Shown here piece after piece: positions 1 through 9,483 of a stretch of DNA of 30,588 nt. The stretch's first letter is position 1. Each line of letters begins with the position of its first letter. The translations under genes were made by a program, and so were the position numbers. A model generated the notes under the pieces. The model was given only the letters and a program-made list of their open reading frames with translations, was not told the origin of the DNA and made no database searches. Location: positions 1 to 30,588 of the forward strand of contig JAVKIH010000029.1 in assembly GCA_031459625.1 (NCBI GenBank). The letters are read 5' to 3'. This DNA is from Candidatus Geohabitans tengchongensis (GTDB lineage Bacteria > Sysuimicrobiota > Sysuimicrobiia > Sysuimicrobiales > Humicultoraceae).

Positions 1-1
1 C

Positions 2-199
2 GGGCTCCACGACCAGACGGGGTTCCTGGAGGCGGTGGGGGCCTTCCTGCGCCGGCTGGAGGCGCTGGGCCCGGCCGTGCCGGCGGCGCGCCCGGGAGGG
101 GCGGGGGCTGCGCCGGCTGTGCGGCCGCGTCCGGGCGGGGCCGCGCCGCCCGCCCGCCCCGCCACGGCGTCGGAGCGAGCCGAGGAGGAGACGCCGTGA
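2..199 (+). CDS. 3' end of a CDS entering from outside the window; unknown product with an Ala/Pro-rich tail
   Basis: Open frame from base 2 (GLHDQTGFLEAVGAFLRRLEALG...AEEETP) to TGA 197-199 with GC-biased third positions. The stop overlaps the GTG of the next small ORF. Confidence 0.55.
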   Translation, partial: GLHDQTGFLEAVGAFLRRLEALGPAVPAARPGGAGAAPAVRPRPGGAAPPARPATASERAEEETP

Positions 200-312
200 T
201 CACCGTCCGCCGGCTGCCGCTGCGCGTGGTGGTGCTGTACATCCTCTTCTACATCGCCTTCTTCCTGCTGCTGCTCTTCGTGGCGTCGTTCGGCCTGATC
301 GCCGAAGCCTGA
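196..312 (+). CDS. Small single-pass membrane protein, 38 aa (MITVRRLPLRVVVLYILFYIAFFLLLLFVASFGLIAEA)
   Basis: GAGGAGGAG SD at 182-190; GTGA overlap with the upstream stop; 37 of 38 codons end in G/C; one long hydrophobic segment after a basic N-terminus. Below the ORF-track size cutoff. Confidence 0.75.
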   Translation: MITVRRLPLRVVVLYILFYIAFFLLLLFVASFGLIAEA

Positions 313-492
313 GGGGCTGGCGCGGAGGCTCGGAGGCCGGGGGAGGCCAGGCGCGGGTGCGGGGCCGCGGCGGGCACCGCCCGGCAGGGAATGCGGGATA
401 CTGGAGACGAGCACGGTGTCAGCGCGTCGCGCGCCGTCACGACGGGACGGGCGCGAGGCGCTGTCCATCAGGACGAGACGAGGAGGGAGCGC

Positions 493-948
493 ATGGAGCG
501 AAGGGTCGGAGTCATGGTCGTGCTGCTGGTCGCCGTGCTGGTCCTGGGGGCCTGTGGACGGCGCGGTGGAGCCCCGACGGGTCAGGCCACCCCTCCCCCC
601 GAGGCGACGGCGCCGGGGGCCACGCCCGGGGCCGGGGCGACGGTGACGGTAGAGGAGAAGGAGTTCGCCTTCTCCCCCGCTCCGATCACCGTGCCAGCCG
701 CCGGACCGGTGACCTTCCGCATCGAGAACAAGGGGTCCGTCGAGCACAACTTCCTGGTGTGCCAGGGTCCGCCTCAGGAAGGGCAGCCGGGCTGCCCCCA
801 GGGGACCCACGTCGACCTCGAGGCCATCCCGCCGGGAGAGAGCGAGACGGTGACCGTGACCCTTCCGGCGGGGACCTACAAGGTCGTCTGCACGGTGCCC
901 GGGCACGAGGAAGCCGGGATGATGACGACCCTGCGCGTCGGCCAGTGA
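493..948 (+). CDS. Cupredoxin (type 1 blue copper) lipoprotein
   Basis: AGGAGGG SD at 481-487 before ATG 493; lipobox LGAC; Pro/Ala/Thr linker; copper ligands in EHNF and CTVPGHEEAGM. Confidence 0.88.
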   Translation: MERRVGVMVVLLVAVLVLGACGRRGGAPTGQATPPPEATAPGATPGAGATVTVEEKEFAFSPAPITVPAAGPVTFRIENKGSVEHNFLVCQGPPQEGQPGCPQGTHVDLEAIPPGESETVTVTLPAGTYKVVCTVPGHEEAGMMTTLRVGQ

Positions 949-1009
949 CGGTGGACCGGTCAGTGGACCGGGGGCAGCCGACGCCGTCGCGGAGGGCCGG
1001 CAGCCCGTC

Positions 1010-2137
1010 GTGAGCATGGGGGCCGCGGCGCTGCCGCGGCCCCTGCCATCATCTCAGAGGACTGGGGGCGTGGAGACGTTCGAAGCCCGGGGTCTGCACG
1101 AGGTGCCTGCCGACCAGAACGCGGCGTCCGCCGACCAGGCGGTCGCGCTGGACCGGCTCTACGCGCCCGTTCGGCCGGACCTGGAGCGGCTCGACGACCT
1201 CCTGCGCGCCGAACTGGTGGAAGAGGACCCGTTCATCGGCGAGCTGGTGGCCTACGTGCTGGCCACCCGCGGCAAGCTGCTCCGCCCGGCCCTGGCCTGT
1301 CTGGCCGCCCGGGCGGTGGGCGATGCCGACCACGGGCAGGACCGGCTCTACGTGGCCGCCACTGTCGAGCTCATCCACATCGCCTCGCTGATCCACGACG
1401 ACATCATCGACCAGGCCGACCGCCGGCGCGGCAACCCCAGCGTGAACGTGCAGTGGGGCAACCAGATCGCCGTGCTGCTGGGGGACCTCCTCTTCGCGCG
1501 GGCCTTCGACCTGATCAGCCGGGTGCGCCACCCCGCCGTGGCCCCGGCGGTGGCCGAGGCCGCCGTGCGCATGAGCCAGGCCGAGATCAAGCAGCTCAAG
1601 TACAGCGGCGAGCCGCACGCTCGCGAGGAGGTCTACCTGGAGATCATCGAGGGGAAGACAGCGGCGCTGCTGGCCGCGGCCTGCCGCGCCGGGGCCCTGG
1701 CCGGCGGCGCGACGGCCGGGCAGGCCGACGCCCTGGGCGCGTTCGGGCTGCGCTTCGGCATGGCCTTTCAGATCACCGACGACACGCTGGACGTGGCGGG
1801 GGCCCCGGAGGCCCTTGGCAAGCCCATCGGCTCCGACATCGAGGGCGGGCGCGTGACGCTGCCGGTCATCCACGCGCTCCGGAGCGCCTCGGAGGCGGAC
1901 CGCATGGCGCTGGAGCGGCTCCTGCGCGCCTCGGCGGATGGCGAGGGTCGCGCGGGGTCCGGGCAGGCCGCCGCGGCCCGGGCCATCCTCGACCGGTACG
2001 AGGCCATCCCCTACGCGCTCGGGCTGGCCCGGCGCTATGCCGCCGCCGCGGGGGAGGCGCTGTCGGCCCTGCCGCCCTCGGAGGCCAGGGAGAGCCTGCG
2101 GGGGCTGGCGGAGTTCGTCGTCGTCCGCGCGCGATGA
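1010..2137 (+). CDS. Polyprenyl (long-chain trans-prenyl) diphosphate synthase, HepT/IspB-like
   Basis: GKLLRP, first Asp-rich motif HDDIIDQADRRRG, second motif FQITDDTLD, GKPIGSD. The true start may be downstream (e.g. GTG 1070). Confidence 0.92.
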   Translation: MSMGAAALPRPLPSSQRTGGVETFEARGLHEVPADQNAASADQAVALDRLYAPVRPDLERLDDLLRAELVEEDPFIGELVAYVLATRGKLLRPALACLAARAVGDADHGQDRLYVAATVELIHIASLIHDDIIDQADRRRGNPSVNVQWGNQIAVLLGDLLFARAFDLISRVRHPAVAPAVAEAAVRMSQAEIKQLKYSGEPHAREEVYLEIIEGKTAALLAAACRAGALAGGATAGQADALGAFGLRFGMAFQITDDTLDVAGAPEALGKPIGSDIEGGRVTLPVIHALRSASEADRMALERLLRASADGEGRAGSGQAAAARAILDRYEAIPYALGLARRYAAAAGEALSALPPSEARESLRGLAEFVVVRAR

Positions 2138-2154
2138 CCGCGTCCGGCGGCGCC

Positions 2155-2345
2155 CTGCTCGCCACGGTGGTGGCCACCACGCGCACCGACCCCGCCGCCT
2201 GGTAGGAAGCGGAGAGGCTACGGCTGGCCACCAGCACCCCGCCCACCCGTTGCGGGACCAGGCTGCGCAGCGAGCCGGTATACCCCCTGCGCGGGCCGCG
2301 TCTCGCGGACGTACAGCTCCGGCGCGACCTCCACCACCGCTGCCG
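2155..2345 (-). pseudogene. Remnant of an FAD-dependent oxidoreductase (FAD_oxidored/PF12831-like), C-terminal part with internal deletion and frameshift
   Basis: The minus strand reads VVEVAPELYVRETRPAQGVYRL, then shifts frame near 2271 to LRSLVPQRVGGVLVASRSLSASYQAAGSVRVVATTVA. These resemble the family motifs LYVRExRxxxGxYxL and IPxRSLVPxxxxxxLVAGRxxSA...SxRV. No N-terminal domain is present. Confidence 0.7.
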
Positions 2346-2497
2346 CCCACCCTGCCGCGGCCTGCGGCCTCGGACGCAGCGAACCGGGGTCCGAGGCGAC
2401 CTGACCGGTGAGCGCAGCGAGGCGGGGGACGGGGGGAGGGGGGGCCGCGGCAGAGAATCCTCCCTGTGCCGCGGGGGCAAGGCGCGGCCGTTCCCAC

Positions 2498-4081
2498 ATG
2501 AGGGTCTCGTGCATCATCCCGGCCTACAACGAGGCCGCGACGATCTCCGCGGTCGTCCGCGCGGCGCGGGCCTGTCCCGAGGTGGACGAGGTGATCGTCG
2601 TGTCGGACGGCTCCACGGACGAGACCGCCCGGCGGGCGGCGGACGCGGGCGCCGACCGGGTGATCGTCCTGCGCCGCAACCAGGGCAAGGGGAACGCCGT
2701 GGCCCGCGCCGCCCGGGAGGCGCGCGGCGAGGTCCTCCTGCTGCTGGACGCCGACCTCCGCGGCTTGCGCCCCGCCCACCTCACCCGCCTGCTCGCCCCG
2801 GTGCTGCACGGCCAGGCCGACATGACCGTGGCGCTCTTCACGGAGGACCGCCTCCACCGCTGGCTCAGCCGGCTCTCCGGCCAGCGCGCCCTGCGCCGTC
2901 ACCTGCTGCGGCCCGAGGTCCTCAGCGGGACGGGCTTCGGGCTGGAGGTCGCGCTCGACCGGTGGGCGCGGCGCGCGGGCGCCCGGATGGTGCGGGTGCG
3001 CATGAGCGGGGTGACGCACCGGCGCAAGCGCGACAAGTACGGGACGATGAAGGGGCTGCGCCTGCAGGTGCGGGCTTCCTCCGACCTGCTGCGCCAGGCC
3101 CGCAAGGCCGTGCCGCGGCCCGACCCGCGGCGGTGGATCACGCGCCGGAGGTCGCCGCCTATGGCGCCGTTGCTGCTCGTGGTGCTGATCGCCCTGGCCC
3201 TGGCCACACCGCTGCTGGCCTCCCGTCCGCCCCGCGCGGCGGCCGGGCGCTTCCCGACGCTGGAGCCGGCCGGGCCCCAGGACCGCATCCTCGCCGTCGT
3301 GGCCCACCCCGACGACGAGGTGCTGGGGGCGGGAGGCTTCCTGCACGAGGCGCACCGTGCCGGGGCACAGGTCACCGTGCTGGTCCTCACGCTGGGAGAC
3401 GCCAACCGGGTGAGCGCGGCGGTGCGCGGGCGCCGCGTCCGTCCCACGCCCCAGGACTTCCGGGCCGTGGGGACGCAGCGCCAGGTCGAGACGCGGCGCG
3501 CTCTCCAGACGCTGGGCCTGCCGCCCGATGCCGCCCGCTTCCTGGGCTTCCCCGACCGGGCGCTCGCCCTCGTGGCCGATGGGGTGGGTGCGGCGGACGC
3601 GCCGGCCGTCCGGTCGCGCTACACCGCCCTCGACCGCGCCGCCTACCCGGCGGTGCTGGAGCCGGAGGCGCCGTACACCGCGGCCGCGCTCGACCGTCTG
3701 GTGGCCCGCGTGGTCCGGGAGGTCCGGCCCACGCTGGTGGTGACGCACGCGCCGCTCGACCGCCACCCCGACCACCGCGCCGCCTTTGCCCTGGCCGTCC
3801 GCCACCGGGGCACGGCCCCCGTGATCACCTTCGTCGTCCACGTGCCGGGCTTTCCCCGGCCGCTGTGGGCCTTGCCCGGACAGCCGCTCCTGCCGCCGTC
3901 CGGAGAGGTCCTGCCGGCGGGCTGGACGTGGGCCCAGTTTCCCCTCGGCGCCGAGGCGCGCCGCCGCAAGGCGGCGGCGCTGCGGGTATACCAGAGCCAG
4001 CGGGTCTCGCCCTACCTCCGGCTGCTGCTGGCCGGCTTCGTCCGCAGCACGGAGCTCTTCGCGCTACCGCCGGCGGAGTGA
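2498..4081 (+). CDS. Fusion: family 2 glycosyltransferase + hydrophobic segment + PIG-L/LmbE-family deacetylase
   Basis: N-terminal IIPAYNE, SDGSTD, NQGKG, LDAD (DxD), LSGQRA; central LLLVVLIALALATPLLA; C-terminal AHPDDE, FLGFPD, DRHPDH, YQSQ. Start placed at ATG 2498 (MRVSCII). Confidence 0.88.
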   Translation: MRVSCIIPAYNEAATISAVVRAARACPEVDEVIVVSDGSTDETARRAADAGADRVIVLRRNQGKGNAVARAAREARGEVLLLLDADLRGLRPAHLTRLLAPVLHGQADMTVALFTEDRLHRWLSRLSGQRALRRHLLRPEVLSGTGFGLEVALDRWARRAGARMVRVRMSGVTHRRKRDKYGTMKGLRLQVRASSDLLRQARKAVPRPDPRRWITRRRSPPMAPLLLVVLIALALATPLLASRPPRAAAGRFPTLEPAGPQDRILAVVAHPDDEVLGAGGFLHEAHRAGAQVTVLVLTLGDANRVSAAVRGRRVRPTPQDFRAVGTQRQVETRRALQTLGLPPDAARFLGFPDRALALVADGVGAADAPAVRSRYTALDRAAYPAVLEPEAPYTAAALDRLVARVVREVRPTLVVTHAPLDRHPDHRAAFALAVRHRGTAPVITFVVHVPGFPRPLWALPGQPLLPPSGEVLPAGWTWAQFPLGAEARRRKAAALRVYQSQRVSPYLRLLLAGFVRSTELFALPPAE

Positions 4082-4140
4082 TCGTCCCCGGCCCGCGGGC
4101 GGAGTGAGGAGTGATCGTCCCCCGCCCGCGGGCGGAGCGA
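4075..4140 (+). repeat. Tandem duplication of 33 bp (2 copies, 2 mismatches)
   Basis: GGAGTGATCGTCCCCGGCCCGCGGGCGGAGTGA (4075-4107) followed by GGAGTGATCGTCCCCCGCCCGCGGGCGGAGCGA (4108-4140). Confidence 0.9.
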
Positions 4141-4150
4141 AAGGAGCGGG

Positions 4151-4555
4151 ATGATGGCGCAGCGGACACCGACCGAGGCTGAAGGGGCGGGGGAGGTGGC
4201 GCGCCGGCTGGCGACGAACCTCGCCGCCTTCCTCCAGACCTACGGGGCCCTGGCGGGGGAGGAAGCGCGCGCGAAGGCGCGCGACCTGGCCGTGGGGGCC
4301 GTGCTGCTCGGCGGCGCGGCCGTCGGCATGGTGATCGGCCTGGTGTTGGCGGTGACCACGGTGGTGCTGGCGCTGGCCACCGTGCTGCCGGCCTGGCTGG
4401 CGGCGCTTGTCGTCGCCGCCGCGGTGGTCGGGGGCGCCGCCATCCTGGTCCTGGTCGCGCTGCGGCGCCTGCGCCGGCCGCGGCTGCAGCAGGTAGTGCA
4501 GGCCTTCAGGGAGGACGTCCGGTGGCTGAGGAGCGAGCTCTTCGGGAGAGGCTAG
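4151..4555 (+). CDS. YqjE-like / 'phage holin family' two-TM membrane protein
   Basis: AAGGAG SD; amphipathic N-terminal helix, two TM segments around PAWLAALVV, C-terminal ...FREDVRWLR typical of this chromosomal family. Confidence 0.75.
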   Translation: MMAQRTPTEAEGAGEVARRLATNLAAFLQTYGALAGEEARAKARDLAVGAVLLGGAAVGMVIGLVLAVTTVVLALATVLPAWLAALVVAAAVVGGAAILVLVALRRLRRPRLQQVVQAFREDVRWLRSELFGRG

Positions 4556-4722
4556 CCGAGCTGCGCACGGCCATCCGCCGCGACGCCACCGAGCTGCGGG
4601 GACGCTGGGAGGCGTGGCGCGGCCGGGTGCGGCGCGACTGGCGCGAGGTCGGGCGCTCGGGCCGCGAAGTGGTCGACGTCCTCGCCCTCGTCCTGCGGCG
4701 GCTGGGGCGGGACGGCTCCTGA
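4522..4722 (+). CDS. Small charged helical protein, probable partner of the holin-like protein (DUF3618/YqjK-like position)
   Basis: GGGAGGA SD before GTG 4522; overlaps the 3' end of the holin-like gene; helical ERLAELRTAIRRDATELRGRW pattern. Confidence 0.55.
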   Translation: MAEERALRERLAELRTAIRRDATELRGRWEAWRGRVRRDWREVGRSGREVVDVLALVLRRLGRDGS

Positions 4723-4782
4723 CGGCGGACCGCAGCGGGGCCGGACGGCCCGGGCGGCCAGGGCGCCACGGCCCTGGCCGGC

Positions 4783-4791
4783 TGATATACT
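4783..4791 (+). promoter_or_regulatory. Extended -10 promoter element for tatA
   Basis: TGaTATACT, followed by a GGAGGT SD and ATG 4810. Confidence 0.55.
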
Positions 4792-4809
4792 GACGGCGGA
4801 GGTGCCACC

Positions 4810-5007
4810 ATGCCCTTCGTCGGGAACGTTGGGATGCCCGAGCTCCTGGTGATCTTCCTCATCCTGCTCCTCCTCTTCGGGGCGAGCCGGCTGGCCGGCA
4901 TCGGCCAGGCGCTGGGGCGGACGATCCGGGAGTTCAAGCGGGAGCTGCGCGACGTCGAGGACGACCTGCGCGACGAGCCGCGTTCCCAGCGGGCCAAGGA
5001 GACCTAG
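4810..5007 (+). CDS. tatA: Twin-arginine translocase subunit TatA
   Basis: GMPELLVIFLILLLLFGASRL...LGRTIREFK signature; adjacent to tatC. Confidence 0.95.
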   Translation: MPFVGNVGMPELLVIFLILLLLFGASRLAGIGQALGRTIREFKRELRDVEDDLRDEPRSQRAKET

Positions 5008-5076
5008 CCGGGGCCGGGCGCGGTCGCCCTCGGGGCAGCGGCGTCCGCCGCACCTGTTGCGCATCCCGTCCCCCTC

Positions 5077-5826
5077 ATGGCCGAAGACCGGCCGATGACC
5101 ATCGTCGAGCACCTGGAGGAGCTGCGCCGGCGGCTCCTCATCGGGCTGGCCGCGCTCGCCGTGGCCAGCGTGCTGAGCTTCCTCTTCGTCGAGCCCCTGC
5201 TGACCTGGCTCCTGCGGCCGGTGGTGGCCGCCGGGAGCCGCGTCGTCTTCCTGGCCCCCACCGAGGCGTTCTTCGTGCGCGTGAAGGTGGCCCTGCTCGC
5301 CGGGGTCTTCCTCAGCCTGCCGGTGATGCTCTACCAGCTGTGGCTCTTCGTCTCGGTCGGCCTGACGGAGACGGAGCGGCGCTACGCCCTGTGGCTGATC
5401 CCGCCGGCGATGGCCCTCTTCGTGGCCGGGGCGGCCTTCGCGCTCATAGTCGTCGTCCCGGTGGGGGTGCGCTTCCTCCTGGGTTACCAGGTGCAGGGGG
5501 TGCTGGAGCCAATGATCAGCATCGGCGCGTACACCTCGTTCCTCACCTGGTTCGTGCTGGCGTTCGGACTGGTCTTCGAGATGCCCATCGTCATCGTCTT
5601 CCTGACGAAGATCGGGCTCGTCACCCCGCAGGCGCTGGCCGCCTGGCGCCGCTACGCCCTCGGTGCCATCCTGGTGGCCGCAGCCCCGCTCAGTCCGGGC
5701 GGAGACATCTTCTCCATGCTCATGCTGGCGGTCCCGGCCTACCTGCTCTACGAAGTCTCCATCTGGATCGCCCGCCTGGTGGCCTCCCGCCCGGCGGCGG
5801 CGGTCGAGCAGGTCGAGGGCCGCTGA
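5077..5826 (+). CDS. tatC: Twin-arginine translocase subunit TatC
   Basis: MTIVEHLEELRRRL, YQLWLFVSVGL..ERRY, FGLVFEMP, LLYEVSI; multiple TM segments. Confidence 0.96.
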   Translation: MAEDRPMTIVEHLEELRRRLLIGLAALAVASVLSFLFVEPLLTWLLRPVVAAGSRVVFLAPTEAFFVRVKVALLAGVFLSLPVMLYQLWLFVSVGLTETERRYALWLIPPAMALFVAGAAFALIVVVPVGVRFLLGYQVQGVLEPMISIGAYTSFLTWFVLAFGLVFEMPIVIVFLTKIGLVTPQALAAWRRYALGAILVAAAPLSPGGDIFSMLMLAVPAYLLYEVSIWIARLVASRPAAAVEQVEGR

Positions 5827-5843
5827 GCCCGAAGCCTTCGTCC

Positions 5844-6113
5844 ATGGCCCGCGGCCGCCGTGCGCGGAACCCCTGGGGGATCCTGGTGCTGGTGATCCTC
5901 CTCGGCGGGCTGCTCGGCAGCGTGATCGCCGAGGCGCTGGTGGCCTACCCGGCCCTGGCCTTCCTGGGACGGGACATCCGGGCGGGCATCGACCCGCCCT
6001 TCACCGTGGACCTGCGGCTGCTGACCGTGACCTTCGGGGCCACGGTGCGCCTGAACCTGGCCATGGTGGCCGGCGTCTTCCTGGCGGTCTGGCTCTTCCG
6101 CCTGATCGTGTGA
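5844..6113 (+). CDS. DUF4321-like small membrane protein
   Basis: MARGRRARNPWGILVLVILLGGLLGSVIAE...PFTVDLRLLTVTFGATVRLNLAMVAG; sits directly upstream of maf. This is the real portion of the 5340..6113 track ORF. Confidence 0.8.
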   Translation: MARGRRARNPWGILVLVILLGGLLGSVIAEALVAYPALAFLGRDIRAGIDPPFTVDLRLLTVTFGATVRLNLAMVAGVFLAVWLFRLIV

Positions 6114-6185
6114 CCCCGCGCCCGCCTCCAGGCCGCCCGCTGAGGGACCCCCGGTGAAACCCTGCCTCCTGCCGATCTAATCGAC

Positions 6186-6844
6186 GTGAGCGCCGTGACC
6201 TCCTCGCCGCTGGTCCTCGCCTCCTCCTCGCCGCGCCGGGCGGAACTCCTGCGCCTGCTCGGCCTGGCCTTCACCGTCCACCCCGTGGGGGACGAGGCGG
6301 CCTCCCCGGCGGCCGAGGCGCCCGATGCCCCGGTCGGGCCTGCGGAGGCAGGCGGCCGCGAGGCCGGATCCTGCCGCGACGCCCCGGGCGCCGCCGCCCT
6401 CCGTGCCCGCCGGCTGGCCAGGGCCAAGGCCGAGGCTGCCGCGCCGCACTATCCGGGGGCCGTGGTCATCGGCGCGGACACCATCGTCGTGGTGGACGGC
6501 CGGGCGCTGGGAAAACCGCGCGATGCGGCGGAAGCGGCCGCCATGCTGCGGCAGCTCGGCGGCCGGACCCACCACGTGGCCACGGGGATCGCCGTGGTGC
6601 GCGCCGACCGGGACCTGCGCCTGGACGCCGTCACCCTCACGGCGGTCACGTTCCGCCCGCTCTCGGAGGACGAGATCGCCGCCTACGTGGCCACGGGGGA
6701 GCCCTTCGACAAGGCGGGCGGCTACGGCATCCAGGGGCGGGCGGCCATCTTCGTCGAGCGCATCGAGGGGGACTACTACGGGGTGGTGGGGCTCCCGCTG
6801 GCGCCGCTGGCGCTCCTCCTCCGCCGGGCCGGAGTGCGCGTGCT

Positions 6845-6848
<4 letters not shown>
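6186..6848 (+). CDS. maf: Maf/YhdE nucleoside triphosphate pyrophosphatase
   Basis: LVLASSSPRRAELL, GADTIV, LGKP, EPFDKAGGYGIQG, VVGLP; carries an Ala/Pro-rich insertion. Confidence 0.95.
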
Positions 6849-8639
<1,791 letters not shown>

Positions 8640-8645
8640 GCCGCC

Positions 8646-9476
8646 ATGGGGGAGCGGCGGCGCGCGGTTCTCTTCATCGCGCTGCTGGTGGCGGCGCTGG
8701 CGCTGCTCACCGGCCAGGTGCGGGGGCAGGAGCGCCGCGCCGTGGGCGTGGTGGGCCGCTCGCTGCTCACCCTGATGGCGCCGGTGCAGACCTCCATGGC
8801 CCGGGTGGCCGACGCCGTGGCCCGGGCCTGGGCCCTCTACACCGAGATCGGCCGGCTGCGCGTGGAGAACGCCCGGCTGCGCGAGGAGGTGGAGCGCCTC
8901 AGCCAGGAGGCGGCCCGGCTGCGCGAGACGGCCGCGGCGGCGCAGCGCCTGGAGGCGCTGCTGGCCTTCCGCGCCCAGACGCCGTACCGGGTAGTCGCGG
9001 CGCGGGTGGTGGGGCGCGACCCGGCCCGGTGGTTCGCCACCATCGTCGTCGACCGGGGCAGTCGCGACGGGGTGACGCGCAACGCGCCGGTGGTGAGCGG
9101 GCAGGGCGCGGTGGGGCGGGTGATCGAGACGACGCCGTTCACCGCGCGGGTCCTGCTCCTCACCGACCCGCGCAGCGCCGTCGGCGTCGTGCTCCAGGAG
9201 TCGCGCCAGGTAGCCGTGGTGGAGGGGACGGGGGAGCAGGTGCTCCACCTGAAGTACCTCTCCCGGGCCCGCGCGGTGCGGGTGGGCGAGCGGGTGATCA
9301 CCTCGGGGCAGGGAGGCGTCTTCCCCAAGGGGCTGCTGGTGGGGCAGGTGGAGGCGGTGCGGGACGTCCCCGGCGGCGCCTTCCGGGAGGGGCGCGTGCG
9401 CGCCGCCCCCGACCTCAGCCGGGTGGAGGAGGTGCTGATCCTCCTCCCTGAGCCGGGGCCCGCCCCGGCCCGCTGA
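8646..9476 (+). CDS. mreC: Rod shape-determining protein MreC
   Basis: N-terminal TM, coiled coil (ENARLREE), IVVDRGSRDGV, TSGQGGVFPKGL. Confidence 0.95.
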   Translation: MGERRRAVLFIALLVAALALLTGQVRGQERRAVGVVGRSLLTLMAPVQTSMARVADAVARAWALYTEIGRLRVENARLREEVERLSQEAARLRETAAAAQRLEALLAFRAQTPYRVVAARVVGRDPARWFATIVVDRGSRDGVTRNAPVVSGQGAVGRVIETTPFTARVLLLTDPRSAVGVVLQESRQVAVVEGTGEQVLHLKYLSRARAVRVGERVITSGQGGVFPKGLLVGQVEAVRDVPGGAFREGRVRAAPDLSRVEEVLILLPEPGPAPAR

Positions 9477-9483
9477 GCCGCCC

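Noticed and set aside
951..971. Short direct repeats GTGGACCGG x2 (also GCCTGACCC x2 near 24336-24353)
   Set aside because: 9-bp GC-rich repeats are expected by chance or trivial slippage and have no supporting context.
2134..2205. 23-codon ORF coupled to the prenyl synthase stop (MTASGGALLATVVATTRTDPAAW)
   Set aside because: Better explained as the antisense of the oxidoreductase remnant.
4075..4140. Possible CRISPR repeat
   Set aside because: Only two directly abutting copies, no spacer, no cas genes.
4151..4555. Prophage suggested by the 'holin family' protein
   Set aside because: No phage structural, lysis or integrase genes nearby; this family is commonly chromosomal.
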